A stretch of DNA of 64,000 nt, taken from NCBI GenBank assembly GCA_009914755.4, contig CP068257.2, positions 27,520,001 to 27,584,000 on the forward strand. Direction: 5' to 3'. This DNA is from the human T2T-CHM13v2.0 reference genome, Homo sapiens. A program made the translations under genes and the position numbers. A model generated the notes under the pieces. It had not been told where the DNA came from and searched no databases. It saw nothing but the letters and a program-made list of their open reading frames with translations. Positions 1 to 14,614 of the stretch are shown piece after piece; position 1 is the first letter of the stretch; each line of letters starts with the position of its first letter.

Positions 1-71
1 GATATAGTCAGAAGAAAGGACGCCCAATTCTATGTCCATTTCTAAGAATGAATGAAAAATCACTATTCTCT

Positions 72-370
72 TTCTTTTTTATGTTTTGAGACAAAGTCTT
101 GCTCTGTCACCCAGGCCAGAGTGCAGTGGCATGATCATGGCTCACTGCAGCCTCGACCTCCCCAAGCTCAGGTGATCCTCCCACCCCAGCCTCTTGAGTA
201 GCTGGGACCACAGGTGCATGCCACCACACCTGGCTAATTTTTGTATTTTTTGTAGAGATGGGGTTTTGCCATGTTGCCCAGATTGGTCTCAAACTCCTGT
301 GCTCAAGGGATCTGCCCACCTCAGGCTCCCAAAATGCTGAGATTACAGATGTGAACCACCACACCCAGCC
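72..370 (-). mobile_element. Alu SINE (full length, reverse orientation)
   Basis: poly-T at the left end; the body reads as the Alu reverse-complement consensus (...gagacaaagtcttgctctgtcacccaggc...gattacagatgtgaaccaccacacccagcc). Confidence 0.9.
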
Positions 371-2029
371 ATTACTTTTCTTCAGGTCTCAGCTTCTTTC
401 TGTTTGACTTGTCTCTCTCTGTTCTAAAAGATGGTGGCATCCTTTCATGGTCCCAGGGTTTGGGTCAAGACCAAGCCTGTCTTACTGCTTAAGCATGTTA
501 TGTTTTTGGAACCATGATTTGACTTACACATGATCCAAAACTACGCTATAACGTGGTCTTAACTTCATTGGAATGAGAAATATGTTTTATTGTCAGGTAT
601 AGGACATGATAACTAATAAGAATGACAATGACCAAGGCATGGGCATTAGCATTGGGTTGGCCTGGATTTGGATCTCAGCTAAATTTGTGATTTCCAGCAT
701 GTTATTTACTCTCTTGAAAGCTCACTTTCCTCAACTGCAAAGTGGAGATAATGATATCAATCTCACATTGTTGTGGGAATTAAATACGGTAATGAGTAGA
801 TCTAGCACAGTCCTTGACAAAATAATTGCTCAATTAATGTAAATTTCATTCTCTGGTGAAATTATTTATTGAATGAAATACTTAAGAATAAGTAATTTAT
901 TTTTATTCATGTAAAATGAAATAAAAGCATCTGCTTGAATTTTTAAGTTAGGGATAGAAGTTCTGATGCCCTCTTCTTTTCATTAAGCCAAGGTGCTTCG
1001 AGAACAATATGACTTTTTTTTTTTTTAACCAAATTGAGCAATAGCTTCAATCCCTCCTTAAAGTCCTCCTATCTAATCTGAGATGACAGTGACAGGTGTC
1101 TCTGTGGTACACACTGAACTAACAGAGTCTGATAAGTCCAGAAACTGATGTCACCTCCACAAATAAACAATTTCGTAGCTTCAGTTGTGTACCATAATAT
1201 CCTGTTATCCGAGCAGCCTCTCCGAAAACTTCTTTTAGATTTTGCATCAATATATTGCTTGACATCTGGGAAATGAAAATGATAGAAAATGAAGAAGTCT
1301 AGCCTTCCAGGATTCTGCTACACTGGTCTTTAACATCCATCTGGAAATGTGGTTAGGGTATATTCTCATAGAAAGCACCAGACGTAGCTGACATTTTCTC
1401 TCATACACACATTGAAAAGTATTGTATACTGCAATTTTTCTTTGATTGCTGTGTCCACACAGAAAACATATATAGATACTTTGGAGCTTTTCAATAATGC
1501 CTTTAATTTTTTGTTTGTTTTGAGAAGCTCAGTTGTCATTTAGGTATGGCTTGTTCAAAAAGTTTGCTACTCTTGTGTTCTTTCTCCTTTTGATATTGTT
1601 TATGTCAACAGAAATGACTTAAATATACTTTACTCCAGTGTAACATGATGTATAAGTTCTGTAGTATAATTGATAGTGCTCAACTTGTACTGTAATGTAG
1701 ATACTATATAAATGTCATTTCTTAAAATATTTAAAGTTCTAAGATAATAGAGTTCTTAAATATCGAAATCAGCATGGACTGTGTTTTTCCTCTCAGTTTT
1801 AACAAACGATGCTTGTTAATTTTAAGACATTACAATGTAATGTAAATTTAAATCAGACACCCCCATCTTTCCCAAAAGTAGGTAACCCTGAGAATCAAGG
1901 AATAAATACAAAGAGTGCTCAGCGAGTGTAGAATGTTTAGCTTCCTAAATATATCTCCTGTGTGGGAAGCTGGGATAGGAAAATTAAATTCTGACATTTT
2001 TGAAGAGGATGGGGCCAGTAGTATTCGCA

Positions 2030-2600
2030 GAAGCCAAATAGAAAACGGAAACGCCCGAGCCGGCTTTGCTCCTAGCCGAGGGTGGCTTGGCTGGGTCCTT
2101 CCCCATGGGGTCTGTTCCAGGGAGTGGAATCCACTTCGGGAGGAGCTTGCTATGAACCGGCAAGCTCAGGCAGAGAGCAGAACAGCACCATAGCACCGTG
2201 TGGCTCAAGCCGGCATTCTTGGAACCGGACCCTGCGGTTTCTCTCTTACTTCATCTTGTTAAATCGGTCCTGATAATTGGGGCGGATACCAGAGATAGCA
2301 GCAGCTCCTTCACGCTGCACTGCCATGAAATATTAAGCCCTTGCGAGCTCCATCCTCAGGCGGCAGCGGGAGGAGGCGGAGATGGAGGAAAAGTGGGCGA
2401 GGAGGAAGTATCTCCTCCTGGGCTGTGACCTCACCCAAGCCCCAGTCTGTGTCTTGGAAACATGTGTTTCAAAGTTGGCTTGAGGCGCTGTTAGGAGAAG
2501 GTGTTAATTTCACCTCCTAAGAACTGGCTGCGTTGTATAGTAAACCAGATACGATGGCAGGGAGTGCATCTGAAAAGCTGCTGCTGTGACCGCACAGAAT
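2030..2600. promoter_or_regulatory. CpG-rich non-repetitive segment (CpG-island-like); candidate internal/alternative promoter or regulatory element
   Basis: About 20 CpG dinucleotides in about 550 bp (acgcccgagccggc, agccgagg, accggcaag, ggcggcagcggg, ggcggag, gggcgagg, ...) within an otherwise CpG-depleted AT-rich region; no repeat signature. Confidence 0.3.
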
Positions 2601-3734
2601 TTGTGCTCTAGTACATTAGCAGTATCTTTATTCTTCAATTTATCAACTCAACTATCTTTGGATTCCTTTTCTTTGGAGTGCAATATTTCATTCTTTAAGC
2701 AGGAAGGTGGGATAAGTGTATCCAAAATTGGAGGATGTAGCATCATTGTGGAGAAAATAACAAGGGAATTTTTTTCCTCCTGATGTGAAAAATAATTAAC
2801 TATCAACATTAAGAGTTTATTTATCGTACATCCATTCCCAGCATGGGCTTATAACTATGAAAATCTCTCTGACAAGAATAGTCAAAATCAAGCAATGAGA
2901 ACTGAAATAGTGTTTCTTTTATTCCAAGAAGTTAATAGATGTTTTCTCATCTAGTTACCCACAGGTATTCTTTTAAGTTATTTTACAGTTTTTAATTTGA
3001 GCATGTGTTACATAAACCCACGTACAGCCAGTTAATTCATGAGTGCCAGTGTTTTACATGTCATGTTACTTAAGCGTACTGACACTCCATTTTTAAACTG
3101 GAAACCTGATTCTTGAATTCTAAGAATCGATTTCCTCAGGCAGAAGCTTGTGTTTGATTAATACTGTTGGCCATATATTGTCTCTTATTTTGAGGGATTA
3201 CCTCTCAAAAGGTAAGGTAAGAGAGGATTACCCTCAGTCAGGACCTGATGATACAACATACATACACACATTATATCACAAAGCAATGAGAGTTATTCCA
3301 TCCTACATGGAACAACACATCACATTATTCTATAGTGCCACTTTTTGTATTAGGTATAAAACCTGAATATCTTAATACTTGTATTCACCAGAATTCCTGC
3401 TGGGACAAGAACCATATATATTTAAGCAAATTCTTTGATCAGTTTCCTGGCTGGGGTAAATGGCCAATGATGTCAACTGCCCTCTAAGAACAGTAGATTC
3501 CGTTGACCGGAGAGCACTTTGATTTGCTCAACAATGTTTGGGGTTACCAGTGAATGGCTCGAGATTATAAAGGGGTGAGAAATTTGAAGTTCTCTGGGGA
3601 GAAATTTGGGAAAGAGCAAAAGATTAAGTACAAATGGAGTCAGCCTCTCCTAGGTAACCCTGGTAGCACTGCTTAGAAGATGGGCTAGAGACAGCAGAAA
3701 GGTTTAATGAAATAATTTTTTTTGCATTGATTTT

Positions 3735-3935
3735 TTTCTTATTATGGGTAAAAACGCATATGGTAAAATTTACCATCTTAACCATTTCTAAGTGTACAGT
3801 TTGGTAGTGTTAAGTATATTCACATTGTTGTGCAACCGATCTCCAGAACTTTTTCATCTTGCAAAATAGAAAGTCTGTACCCATTAAACAACAATTCCTT
3901 ATTTCCCTCTTCCTATGGCAACAAATGAGAGAATT
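3735..3935 (+). mobile_element. Old L1 (L1M-type) 3'-end fragment
   Basis: matches the common L1M 3'UTR motif ...aaaatttaccatcttaaccatttctaagtgtacagtttggtagtgttaagtatattcacattgttgtgcaacc...ctccagaactttttcatcttgcaaaatagaaa.tctgtacccattaaacaacaa. Confidence 0.45.
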
Positions 3936-5515
3936 TTACAATGTTTTGGTGGGTTATGCAATATAACCTTCCTCTTTACTTAAAAAATAGAAATCTATAT
4001 TGCTCTTTAATGTTTTCATACAAACTTGGAACATTTGAAGTGGTGCTGAGTTTTATGTCAAGTTGAAGGCTTAGTTTTTAGGATCCAGAGGCTGAAGTGA
4101 CCCCTGGAATCTTTGTACTCCCTGAAAACTGGATACAAAGTATTTTAGGCTTATTCTTTTTTGATTGTCCCTTCTTTATGATGGGAAGTCTTGAAAATAT
4201 TATTATGTATAGATAGCATGATCATGCTGCTGAAAGCACGTGTGGATATCTTGAAATATGTACTACCTATCATCACATATGCTTAGTGGCATGATCGCTC
4301 TACCTATAGATAACAACATCTTGAATTTCCCACAATTAAGAGGTGCCAGTAGTAAAAAAAGAACAAATGACAACATTTCCCACTTAGTAAAAATCATTAC
4401 AGGTGGTAAGCTGGGGGTGAGGCAGGGAAGGCCTCTCCCTTCTTAAGAAAGTTATTAATGTACTTTTCAGTTTTCCTTTTAAATTACAGCAGCAAAAGAC
4501 ATATCTCCCTTTACACGGCTGCTCTCTATGTTATCTTAAAGTTGTGAATCCTTTATGTAGAGTTCTAGAACTTTTTCGCTGCCACATAGTTAACTGTGCT
4601 GAATTCATGGTTCAGGTACCTACACGTACTGAGCTCTTGTTTCAACTGAGTATAGCCTGTGTGGTGTTTGTAAGGACAGGATCTGATGTGTAGAGTCTTA
4701 GGGCCTTCCAGGAGCAAATCCTTTAACAGGGCACAGATGATTCAACAGCTTGGCTATGGTGCCCAGAATAAATTGCTTTCATTCCCCTTACTGTTATACC
4801 TGGTAAGTTGCCAGTGTAACAGGTGAAAATTGATGAGTGGGTAGCGATTTCTGGGGCACAGACTGGAGGAGCCAGGAGTTCTGAATTCCTTTGGCAATAG
4901 CTTTATCTCATGGGGCGAGTTATACTGTAGTACTACTGTGCGTTATTTTTCAATTGAATCCCGTATAGAAAGGGATGATGGTTCCAACAGTCTGAGTTTA
5001 TGCTGTGAATGTGTTCATGGGCAGCAGAGAAAGGTGCTACCTAATATGATTATTATGAGATTTTCCATGAACTGGGACATAACAGATGTTCCACGTGAAG
5101 GTAAATTTGACCTAAATCTATTTAGAATTTTATTTCCTTTAAACATCTCTACTCAGAGGCCTCATGATACATAGGGAATGTCATCTTATCTATCAATCAG
5201 ACAGTAAACTTTATTGAATTTCTATTACATCATGGGAGGGATCACAGAAATAAATATGACACCCACAGAAATCTGTGTCCTTGAAGAATATAATGAGAGG
5301 AACAAATAGTAAAAAATTCATTAGTTCTCAATTTCCTAATATAAAATTAGTGACAATATGACCTTGTCAGATACATAGTTTATATATAGAGAGAGACCAT
5401 TGTGAAGAAAGGATAAGATTGAAGAGCCTATTTCACAATAAACTGATATTTCTCAGATTTTATTTACTTTTTTCTATATATAATTGAAAAGGGTGATTTA
5501 AAAAAAAACTCTTAA

Positions 5516-5788
<273 letters not shown>

Positions 5789-6558
5789 CCTAAAAGTAGT
5801 ACTTTTAATCACGCATTGCTAAACAAGAAATTAGAAAAATAAACTTGGGGAAAACTCGTTCTTTAAAAATAATTCCTAGAAGTAGGGTTTTCACCATGTT
5901 GCGGTCAGAAAGGCTTGCCACGCTGGCCTTTGCTTCTTTCATGGATGGGAGAAAAAGAGAAACATGAATCTTATAGGGATGGTTTTTTTTTAGGGGGAGG
6001 GAGATCCGGCCTTTCTTACAGGTTGCTTAATCCTTGCAAGCATTATTTCTGGCTCAGCATCTTTCTTTAGCCCAAATGCATTTCTCAGAAGAGAGCTTTT
6101 CTTCTCTACTCTGCAAGATGAGATTATACCTCCTGGCTACAGAAACAGAAAGCAAGGGATAATTGAAACAGACAACTGAACTATTTCCCCACCACTGCTC
6201 TTCTCTAAAGCAAAGTCTAAGATTTCCGGGGAGTACGGTAGAATCCTTTGGAGACTTATTTTTACTCCATCACAAGGCAGGTAACTGACATGTAATGGAT
6301 TTCAGGGCTCTGGCTCAGGCCTGAGATGCCCATGAATGACACTGGGAGATGAATGTGGAGACTATCTGTCCACCTCTCTATTTTCAGTCAAATAGAATCA
6401 GCTGAACTCTGTTGAATGTTGACTGACAATGCTGTTCTCACGTTAAAAAAAAAAAGAAGAAGAAAAAACCTTCGTTTAAAGAACATCAGCGAGCAAAATG
6501 GTTGGTAATTTATCCTGATGCAAAGAAATGGACTAATTTCTTCTTGTTGTTTGTGAAG

Positions 6559-6674
6559 CCCCTGCCGCCTTGTCATGACTCCGAGGAATCCATGGAGGTG
6601 TTCAAACAGCACTGCCAAATAGCAGAAGAATACCATGAGGTCAAAAAGGAAATCACCCTGCTTGAGCAAAGGAA
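6559..6674 (+). CDS. Penultimate coding exon of a coiled-coil protein (PLPPCHDSEESMEVFKQHCQIAEEYHEVKKEITLLEQRK, ends phase 2)
   Basis: Acceptor ttcttcttgttgtttgtgaag|CC at 6557-6558 with polypyrimidine tract; donor CAAAGGAA|GTAAGT at 6675; open frame throughout; phase joins exactly to exon at 21326. Confidence 0.65.
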
Positions 6675-7646
6675 GTAAGTACCTACCCCCCTCACTCTAC
6701 ATCTGAGCACTGCCTACTGGGCAAGGACCAGGGGCAATGGGCAGGGGACAGGCTGAGTGTGAGGATGACAGGGAGGCAAGGGGGTTACAGCAATGATTCA
6801 AGTGGTGCTATTGGAGATTAAGTGCTTTATGGAGTAGCAAAAGGAATACCAGGAATGCTTCCTACTCAAAACTTAATTTTTTAAATAAGACATTTTAGTT
6901 CATGAAATTAAAAATGCCAAAATACCACCCAAAACCACACTATGTTTTCCGTAAATGTGCCCAGAGGCTGCAGAGCACTGTGGCTTGGTGTGAATTTTAA
7001 TTTCTGCTTAAATGATGGCATTCCCACATCACGTGAAGAAGCCACTGGGATAGCTCTTCAAAATAATGTAAACGTTTTAGTTAACTGACTACATTTTATA
7101 GTAGGGTAAGTTTTTATCTTGATAGCTTTTATTACTATTACAGTTCTGCTATAGGGAATTATACAGTTCTATTAATTAAAGCATTCTGATTTTACTCACT
7201 CATAACTTTTTGTTTCTGGATCCTTCTTTTTAATTGCACTTGATTCCGCCAGTGCCTACCCCAGTGAATCCCATTCTTTTATACTTGCAAAGCTTCAGAG
7301 TAGACACCTTTCCTTCACAGTACTAGCTGGTTGGGATTTCCCATTTATTAACGAGATATCTTGATTACTAGGATCTTTTGATTAGATCTCCTTTTGATTA
7401 CATCTCCTACTAGGTGGTAAGTGCCATAAAAGCACTGATAGTCAGGTGTTGTCACCATCAGATTCCTGGAGCCTGGTATGATATGTGGCACCTAGAGGCT
7501 GAGTAAATTATTGTTGATGTGTGAAACAGAACACAAACATATTGTGATTCTTTATTTCTTATATATCACGTGTCACCCTAATAAAAGGAAGGGGAGAAGA
7601 AATAAACATGCTACCATGCTCAGCTAATTAAAAAATATTTTGTGGG

Positions 7647-7940
<294 letters not shown>

Positions 7941-8047
7941 TTTTTTTTTTACAGATGGGATCTTGTTATCTTGCCCAGGCTTGTCTCAAACTTCTGACCT
8001 CAAGCAATCCTCCAACCTTGGCCTCCCAAAGTGCTGGTATTACAGAG
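7941..8047 (-). mobile_element. Partial Alu (reverse), about 105 bp, abutting the forward Alu; left edge is a duplication breakpoint
   Basis: ttttttttttacagatgggatcttgttatcttgcccaggcttgtctcaaacttctgacctcaagcaatcctcc...gtgctggtattacagag; the same Alu is complete in the paralogous copy at 10314-10598. Confidence 0.7.
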
Positions 8048-9017
8048 TCAATATCAGCAATAAAGGGCTGCTAAGATGAATTGTTAAATTAGGAAATATG
8101 ATTATATCTTATATTTATAAATACATGAGGTTGGTTTTCCAAGGGTTATTAATGATTATTATTTTCATTAATATAGATATGAAATTTCATAAAGGAATTA
8201 AAGATTATTAATAATGTGACCAGTATTGAAGTCAAAGGAAGATTTATATAATCAATAGCCTGTGAATAAATGTATCTTCTGGTGTGTGTATGTGAAGTGT
8301 GGTGGTATAATAAAAATACACACACACACAAAATTTAATTTTTACAAAAAGCGAATGAAATATATTTTGTGTTGAGAAGTTTGTGAAATCCTTACAATTT
8401 TTTTGAGACTCCCAGAATGGTGGTCGGACAGTATAGCATGATGGTGGACAGTATGGGTTTTGGGGCCAGACTTCTGCAAAACCTCAGTTAGTACCTTACA
8501 AACCCTTCCTTCCTTGCTTGGTTTGCCATGCTTCAAACATAAAATTGTATCTAGACTTTTGGCTACAGGGGATTAAAAGATGTTTATTAGGAGGTCACAA
8601 ATACAAATTTTCTCTTCCATGTCTGACTATTTTCTTTTTGTTCTAAGAGTTTTGATAAAGTTGCTTGGAATACTCAGATTGCATGATTACACACAGTTGG
8701 AGTCCTACAAAAAATTTCATGAAGGAATTGAGGATTATTAATCATGTGATCCATATTGAAGTCAAAGAAGATCTATATGACGAATAGCCTGTAAATGTAT
8801 CTTCTGGTGTGTGTGTGTGAAGTGTGGTGGTATGATAGAAAAATCCTCAGTAATTATGTCTCTATTTATAAACTCTTCAGACTGAAGGTACTGGAGGACT
8901 TTGTTATTTAAATTAAATTTATGTGTAGCTTTTTTTTTTTTTGGAAATGCAATACTCATCCCCTAAATTACATGTTCTGTAAGTTTTTTTTATGTTGCAT
9001 TAAAAAAAATATGGTAG

Positions 9018-9318
<301 letters not shown>

Positions 9319-9442
9319 TGATATGGTAGGATAATGACATGAGAGTGACTCCTATCTAATGTTTGAAACATATCCTTACTGTTTGCATTGAAAGCAATGA
9401 TAACTCTGGGTACCACTACAACAATATTAAAATGAAAAAAGG

Positions 9443-9757
9443 GGCCAGGCGCAGAGGCTCACGCCTGTAATCCCAGCACTTTGGGAGGAAAGGCAGGCGG
9501 ATCACCTGAGGTCAGGAGTTTGAGACTAGCCTGGCCAACATGGCAAAGCCCTGTCTCTACTAAAAATACAAAAAAATTAGTCGGGTGTGGTAGATAGCAC
9601 GTGCCTGTAATCGCAGCTACTCAAGAGGCTGAGTCATGAGAATTGCTTGAACCCAGTAGGCGGAGGTTGCAGTGAGCCAAGATCACGCCACTGCATTCCA
9701 GCCTGGGTGACGGAGTGAGACTGTCTCAAAAAAATAAAAATAAAAAATAAAAAAAGG
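9443..9757 (+). mobile_element. Alu SINE (forward)
   Basis: ggccaggcgcagaggctcacgcctgtaatcccagcactttgggagg...; A-rich tail aaaaaataaaaataaaaaataaaaaaa. Confidence 0.9.
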
Positions 9758-10313
9758 AAAAGTCAACTTCTAGAAGTAACATGGCTAGCAGGCTAGTGGA
9801 GGTATTTTATACAACCTTCCAGACCACATACAAGTGGGCCGGACCCCCTCCTTAATTACTTATATGCCTGTGTGTGTTTCTGCAGAACTCATCTTGTTTC
9901 CTTCCCCAAAGTACTTGAAGTGTCTCCCTAAATAATTGGCTAGATGTAGGGCCAAGGCCAAATTCTTTCATTATATATATATATTTTCTTTTTCGTAAAG
10001 TCTCAAGTTCCTTTTTCTTCATTCTCACTTCTACCATTTGGGCTTGGGACTTATTACTTGAGATCTTGGTTGATGCAATATTGTAACTAGTTTCCCTGCC
10101 TAGGGTTTCTTGTTGCTAGAAAATGACAGCCAGTTCTTGGCATAGATTTCAAGACCTCCCTGGGGATGCCTTGGAACCTCTGTAGAACTTCCAATCTCAT
10201 CCCTCAACTTCAGCTACATTGGCCTCCTCACTTCTCCCGGGGCAGGAGGTGGGTCCTCCAGTCACTGAGCCCCTGTTCACACCAAGCTCTTGGCCTAACA
10301 GGCCCCTTTCTTC

Positions 10314-10598
<285 letters not shown>

Positions 10599-10627
10599 CA
10601 ATATCAGCAATAAAGGACTGCTAGGAG

Positions 10628-10730
10628 GAAAATTGCTCGAACTCGGGAGGTGGAGGTTGCAGTGAGCCTAGATCACACCATTGCACTCCAGCCCGGGTGA
10701 CAGTGCGAGACTCCATTTAAAAAAAAAAAA
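10628..10730 (+). mobile_element. Alu 3'-end fragment (~100 bp) with TSD actgctagga
   Basis: ttgctcgaactcgggaggtggaggttgcagtgagcc.agatcacaccattgcactccagcccgggtgacag.gcgagactccattt + A12; flanks actgctagga at 10617-10626 and 10733-10742. Confidence 0.75.
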
Positions 10731-11934
10731 CAAACTGCTAGGATACATTGTTAAATTGGGAAATATGGTAATATCTTATATTTATAAATACATGAGCTTG
10801 GTTTTCCAAGGATTGTTAATGATCGTTATTTTCATTAAGACTTTACTGAAGTGGAAATTCATTTTGCAACATGTCTTTTCCCAAACAGTCTTTATTTTCA
10901 AGCAAGATATATTGGGCCAAGTGAATTTGACCCAAGTAGTTAGCTCTCCATTTTTTGATGATTCTGTTGAGAATTTCTTTCTCATTATTTCATAAAGTGT
11001 AGCTGATTATGTTGCCTCTAGCTTGGCTGGCGTAAGCTAGATGCAAAGAGATACGCTAACTAAGGTATTTTAAAAGACAGTTTTTCTTTATTGGAGTCGT
11101 TCAGACACTGCTTAAGGTTTGAACTCCAAACTGAACTTCTCTCTCATCTCCAGAGGAGGTCTCCCTGGATCAAGTTTGGGAGAAATTGTCTTAAGAGGCG
11201 TGATGAGAAGAGTTGCTGAAACTGTTATTTTAAATCATATCTGTTGGATGGAGAAAGAGAGTCAAACATTTTCTAGGATTATAAACTCAGCATTGGCTGA
11301 ATCCAATTTAAAGAATCGCTTCTGGCTTATGACCAATGATGTACGAGAGGTTTGTTATATTTTTACTGATTTTTTTTTTCTTCTCCGTGTGAAAAAGGTG
11401 GGAAGGACTTTCTTGAAAGCTTTGAAAAATTACCAAGAATTCTGATATCTTTAAAGAACTCCTGCTATCATTTTTATCTAATTCTTTCTAGGCCTTTTGC
11501 ATGTGAATAGACATTTTAATATAATTGCATATACAGTAACATGGAATGTATAACATGATTTTTTCCGTAAATATTATAAGCATTTTTCTACAACATACCT
11601 AGCTTTTTGTGTATGTAATATGAAAGTCATTGAAATGAGATATAGACATTTTATGGCTTTTGAAATCTATCACCAAATTTAGAAAAAATAAAATAAAAAA
11701 ATGAAATCTATTACCAAATTGTTTGACAGAAATTTTTAAAAGTATATTATTAAGCTACAATCAACTGTAAAGTTTGCTTTGTTCCAGATAAAGCATTTTA
11801 TCTCATCCAGTAGAGAAACCACTTATTTATTTTTTTGGTATGAAATATTGTATTGGGTACTTTGGTGTTTAGAAGATTAACTGAAATGTCAGAAAAATAG
11901 ACAGACTCTTAGAAAAGTCAGATTGAAGAATGTT

Positions 11935-12189
11935 TTATTTATTCATTTTAATTTTTATTTTTTAATTTCAATATGTTTTTGGGGCACAGGTGGTGCTTGG
12001 TTACATGAATAAGTTCTTTAGTGATGATTTCTGAGATTTTGGTACACCTGTCACCCAAGCAGGGTACACTGTACACAATGTATATTCTTTTATTCCTCAC
12101 TCCTCTCCCACCCTTTCCCGAGTCCCCAAAGTCCGTTGTATTATCCTTATGTCTTTGCATCCTCATGTTATATATATTTTTATAAACAA
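11935..12189 (-). mobile_element. L1 3'-end fragment (reverse)
   Basis: poly-T/TTTA at left then tcaatatgtttttggggcacaggtggtgcttggttacatgaataagttctttagtgatgatttctgagattttggtacacctgtcacccaagcagggtacactgtacacaatgtat..., a typical L1P/L1M 3' region in reverse. Confidence 0.6.
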
Positions 12190-12480
<291 letters not shown>

Positions 12481-13925
12481 AGTTTTATTTGTTTTTAATT
12501 GACATGTAGTAATTGTACTTAGTTATGGGGTCTAGTGTAATGTTTTCATACATGGACACATTGTGTAATGATCAAATCAGTGTAATTAGCGTATTCATCT
12601 CCTCAAACATTTGTCATATCTTTGTGGTGAGAACATTCAAAATCCTCTCTTTTAGCTATTTTGAAGTGTACATCATTGTTAACTACAGTCACCCTACTGT
12701 GCAGGAGAACACCAGAAGTTATTCCTCCTGTCTAACTGTAACTATGTACTCACTGAATAACCCCTCCCCATACCCCTCTTCCTACCACCCTCCCCAACCT
12801 CTGGTAATCACTATTCTACTCTCTACATCAATGAGATCAACTTTTTTAGATTCCACATAGGAGCGCGATTGTGTGGTCTTTGTCCTTCTGTGCCTCACTT
12901 ATTTCATTTAACATCATGTCCTCCAGGTTCATCCATGTTGTTGCAAATGACAGGATTTCATTTTTTAAAATGGCTGAGTAGTATTCCATTGTATAGATAT
13001 ATCACATTAAAAAATCTATTCTTCTGCTGATGGACACTTGGACACGTAGGTTGATCCTATACCCTGGCTATTGCAATTCGGTGGTTTTCAGTATATTCAC
13101 AGAGTTGTGCAACCATCACCAACTTCACATTTCCTTCACCCCAGAAATAAATCTGGCACTCTTTGGCAGTTACGCCCCACTGACCCTTGACTTCTGGACT
13201 TTGGCAACCAATAATCTACTTTCTGTCTCTATGGATTTGCTTATTCTGGACATTTCATACAAATGGAATCATATAATATGTAATCTTTTGTGATTGGCTT
13301 TTTTCACTTAGTATAATGTTTTTAAGGTTCATCCACTTTGTATCATGCATCAGTACTTCATTCTTTTTATTGCTGAATAATATTCCATTGTATGAATATA
13401 TAATATTTTATCCTTTCATAGGCTAATGGACATTTAATCGGTTGTTTGCACTTCTTGGCTATTGTGAATAACGCTGCTATAAACATTTGTGTACAATTTT
13501 TGAGGTAGACCTATGTTTTCAATTCTCTTGAGTAGGTTCCTAGCAGTAGAATTGTTGGCTCATATTATAACTCAATGTGTAACCTTTTGAGGAACTGCCA
13601 GATTGTTTTCAAACGGGTTGACATTTTATATTCTTGCCAGCAGTGTATCAAGGTTCCAATTTTTCCACATCTTTGCCAACACTTCTTGTGCCTTTTAGAT
13701 TCTAGCCATCTCTAGTGGGTGTGAAACAATATGTCATTGTGGTTTTGATTTACAGTTCTCTGATGGCTAATGATGTTACACAGGTTCTCCTGTGCTTCAT
13801 TGGCCATTTCTATCTTTTCTTGGAGAAATATCTCAAAGATCTTTTGCCCATTTTTTAATTTGGTTGTCTTTTTGTTTCTGAGGTGAAAAATGTTACATAA
13901 TTTTAGTGTGTTCAGGCAAAACATC
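12481..13925 (-). mobile_element. L1 (L1M/L1P-type) fragments, reverse orientation, with an internal duplication
   Basis: Reverse-complement L1 3'UTR/ORF2 C-terminal motifs (ttttaattgacatgtagtaattgtacttagttatgggg...; ggttcatccatgttgttgcaaatgacaggatttcatttttt; ccattgtatagatatatcac; gaggaactgccagattgttttc; ctagtgggtgtgaaacaatatgtcattgtggttttgatttacag); the ggttcatcca...ttccattgtat segment occurs twice (about 12900 and about 13320). Confidence 0.7.
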
Positions 13926-14317
13926 AGAAAGGGGTTTTCATATGAGGCTATCAAAATCAATGTGAGACTTATATTGTCATGTCTTTTTAAAATGTATAAA
14001 ATGATGATTGGGGAGTAACATCTCATCTAGGGGAACATATCAGGATGGGGCAAAAGGGTGCATATGTAATTTGCAAAGGCTTAAATTAAAATTAGTGCAA
14101 TTTTGATTTGTTTTTAGTCATATTTATTCTGAGATTTCTAATAACAGGAGATTTTAAGTTTTTTTTTTTATGTTTAACCAGAAGGATTTATTTCTTTAGG
14201 ATATTCCCAAAGGGAGAGGCTTTTAAACTGTGTTCTGAGGAGTCTCTCACAGATTCGGGAGGGAGAGGGTGTCAGGCAGGGGACTGTACCAAGATCAACC
14301 AGAGAAGGACCAATTTT

Positions 14318-14614
<297 letters not shown>

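Noticed and set aside
1081-1320. About 70-codon open frame on the minus strand preceded by an acceptor-like tcatttcccag
   Set aside because: It has no start codon or donor site and no coiled-coil or domain-like composition. An open frame of this length is expected by chance in 64 kb when scanned in six frames.
6388-6669. 93-aa minus-strand ORF overlapping the penultimate exon (also 21334-21561 minus ORFs over the last exon)
   Set aside because: They are antisense shadows of the real plus-strand exons. The splice signals and the coiled-coil periodicity are only on the plus strand.
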